In this document: one piece after another, positions 62,183 to 64,000 of the stretch
How the letters are laid out: the number at the start of each line of letters is the position of its first letter
How positions within the stretch are numbered: the stretch's first letter is position 1
Made by a program: the position numbers and the translations under genes
Assembly: GCA_051294905.1 (NCBI GenBank)
Contig: CM119371.1
Location: 8,000,001-8,064,000, forward strand
Reading direction: 5' to 3'
Source of the DNA: Botryllus schlosseri
Taxonomy: Eukaryota
DNA length: 64,000 nt
The notes under the pieces: model-generated
The model's input: the letters and a program-made list of their open reading frames with translations, nothing else
Told to the model about the DNA's origin: nothing
Database searches by the model: none

Positions 62183-63624
62183 CAGAGGAACAGTAGAACC
62201 CAGAAAACCGTCCTCTTGCGAATTGTCGGTAGATCAGTCAATTGAGATACAACAAATCCTGTTAAAGAATAATTAGTCTGTTTGTCGCAATTATCACGTC
62301 TCAAGGATGTGTGCAACTGAAACCTGAAGCTTCACTAATGGAGAATATCCGCCATTCTCGACAGTTTCATTTCTCGAATTTGACTAATCGACTGTCATTT
62401 GTAATCAGTCACTCATGTATTCATTGCTCTGATTGTGCCTATTACCAGTTATAAGAGATTCAAGTCCGATTGATCGCAATCAGTTCGATTATCCTGATCT
62501 GGGTTACGGTGCATTATGTACGTAAACGAGTCAGTTCCCTACGCTTTCTATAGATTTGGCCCTCCATGTACAAATGTTCACAGGTAGGCCAATATATTTG
62601 GCATTGTCTTGATGGCGCGAATATGACGAATTCTTGAGAGATCCATGCTCAAATCGCACTCCATCGGCCTAAAAACAAGTAGTGTTTCCGATTGATGTTT
62701 CGCGGCGGTTTTCAACCTTTTCGACTCATCGCCCCCTGATGAAGCGCTAAATTAATTTTCACACCCAATACTTACGGATCTGGAAAAGAGGACATATAAA
62801 CGGGAAATTTACTCACCAAACTCTGATCGCTGGTGGATTGAATAAAAATACAAACAATAAAAACATGTTTTAAATGTGGGCATTGTTTTAAACATGTTTA
62901 TTTCAAATCGATTTTTTGTTTTAAACGCAACCCTAAGTACAATGCTTGCAAATGATGCAGATAGTGACGAACAAGGAGAACTATAATGGCCAAGACACCC
63001 GGGCTGTGGAAGATCGTTACCGAAGTTTTTCAAATGATAAATGTGAGGGTGGCTGATGACGGCTGTTGCTGTGTTGACCCAAGTCATATGCATCAAAGAA
63101 AATCATATGCTTTACATTTTTACAAATAGCTGCGTATTTTGATTTTTCGGAAAATAGAAATTCCTTGTAGATGCGATACACCGAAGTCAGATTTCAAGCG
63201 AGCGTGAAAAATACATCTATATTCACATGAAAATTTGTTGACCAGTCTTCATCTTCGTCGGCTATGTCTGTTGTTGATAGCTGATGATGGTTTCCGACTG
63301 CAACACGAATATTGGAGCTAGAATTTTGCTTAGCCGCAACAAAGCCATAGTGCAACAGTAGTATTAGTCCTGCCTCGGCTTGACCCTTGATATATATATT
63401 CTGCGTGGAACGCGGCCGTGATAAGCACTACACTACCTACCCTACGCTATTCCATTGAGATGATAGTTTTTGATGAATTGGCCAATTGACGTGTAACGCA
63501 CTCTCTGAATGCATGATGTCACGGGGTCAGATCTCAACAACTTTCAATACTATATCTCAATAATTGTAGGTTTGACAGTTATATTCGAGAAGTAGGGCAT
63601 GCCATCTCTAGCCGTGTTCGCGTC

Positions 63625-63698
63625 GGCCGGTTAGCTCAGTTGGTTAGAGCGTCGTGGTAATAATGCGAATGTCCCGAGGTCGATCCCGGCACAGGCCA
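63625..63698 (+). tRNA. tRNA-Ile(AAT), atypical or pseudogene
   Basis: Canonical Ile 5' half GGCCGGTTAGCTCAGTTGGTTAGAGCG and AAT anticodon, but G at position 32 and a B-box reading GGTCGAT instead of GTTCGAT. Confidence 0.7.
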
Positions 63699-63705
63699 CA
63701 CCGTC

Positions 63706-63722
63706 GCCGCGATAGCTCAGTC

Positions 63723-63761
<39 letters not shown>

Positions 63762-63778
63762 AATCCCGGGTCGCGGCA
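63706..63778 (+). tRNA. tRNA-Phe(GAA)
   Basis: 73 nt with a full cloverleaf: GCCGCGA/TCGCGGC acceptor stem, TCAGA-CT GAA GA-TCTGA anticodon arm, GGTTCAATCC. TTTT terminator immediately downstream. Confidence 0.95.
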
Positions 63779-64000
63779 GTTTTGTAGTTTATAGAAGAAA
63801 CTTCATTTCACGACTTCACACAATGTCAAGATTTCTGTCCTAAGGACCAATGATTACAATTTTAGAAGTAGGCTATATTTATTGATTGCTTCATTTATTC
63901 GAAGCAATCCACGTACACGTTAATGATATAGAAATGGCACAGGACCTGAGCTCAACCAGTCACGTGATTCCTTTACACCCAATGGTTCGCCACCATTGTC

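Noticed and set aside
62809..63096. Minus-strand ORF ending at a GTGAGT donor
   Set aside because: No linked downstream exon or homology identified.

Overview
AT-rich, repeat-dense eukaryotic (animal, probably marine-invertebrate) genomic DNA. The species cannot be determined from the sequence, and nothing prokaryotic (CRISPR, operons) is present. Most ORFs in the supplied track are spurious. By hand I reconstruct five things. (1) A locally duplicated family of unrecognised spliced genes: A 4763-16402 (6 exons, 317 aa), B 24499-28911 (3 exons, 162 aa) and C (first exon only, 55010-55133). They encode signal-less, C-terminally anchored single-pass membrane proteins built from symmetric phase-1 exon modules, with short motifs PPPY, YDDV and VLYQAI. 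(2) Two intronless minus-strand paralogues ending in an AF9/ENL (MLLT3/MLLT1)-type ANC1-homology domain but with no YEATS domain: 49009-50406 is intact with in-frame 444- and 75-bp internal duplications, and 34245-35085 is frameshifted. They sit in a segmental duplication. (3) tRNA genes, including a tightly linked Ile-Phe pair present twice in opposite orientation and a Val(CAC)/Val(TAC) pair. (4) A candidate small secreted Cys-rich gene near 60 kb. (5) Many non-autonomous hAT (Buster-like) MITEs, often nested 3-4 deep, plus fold-back elements, a tRNA-derived SINE and LINE relics.
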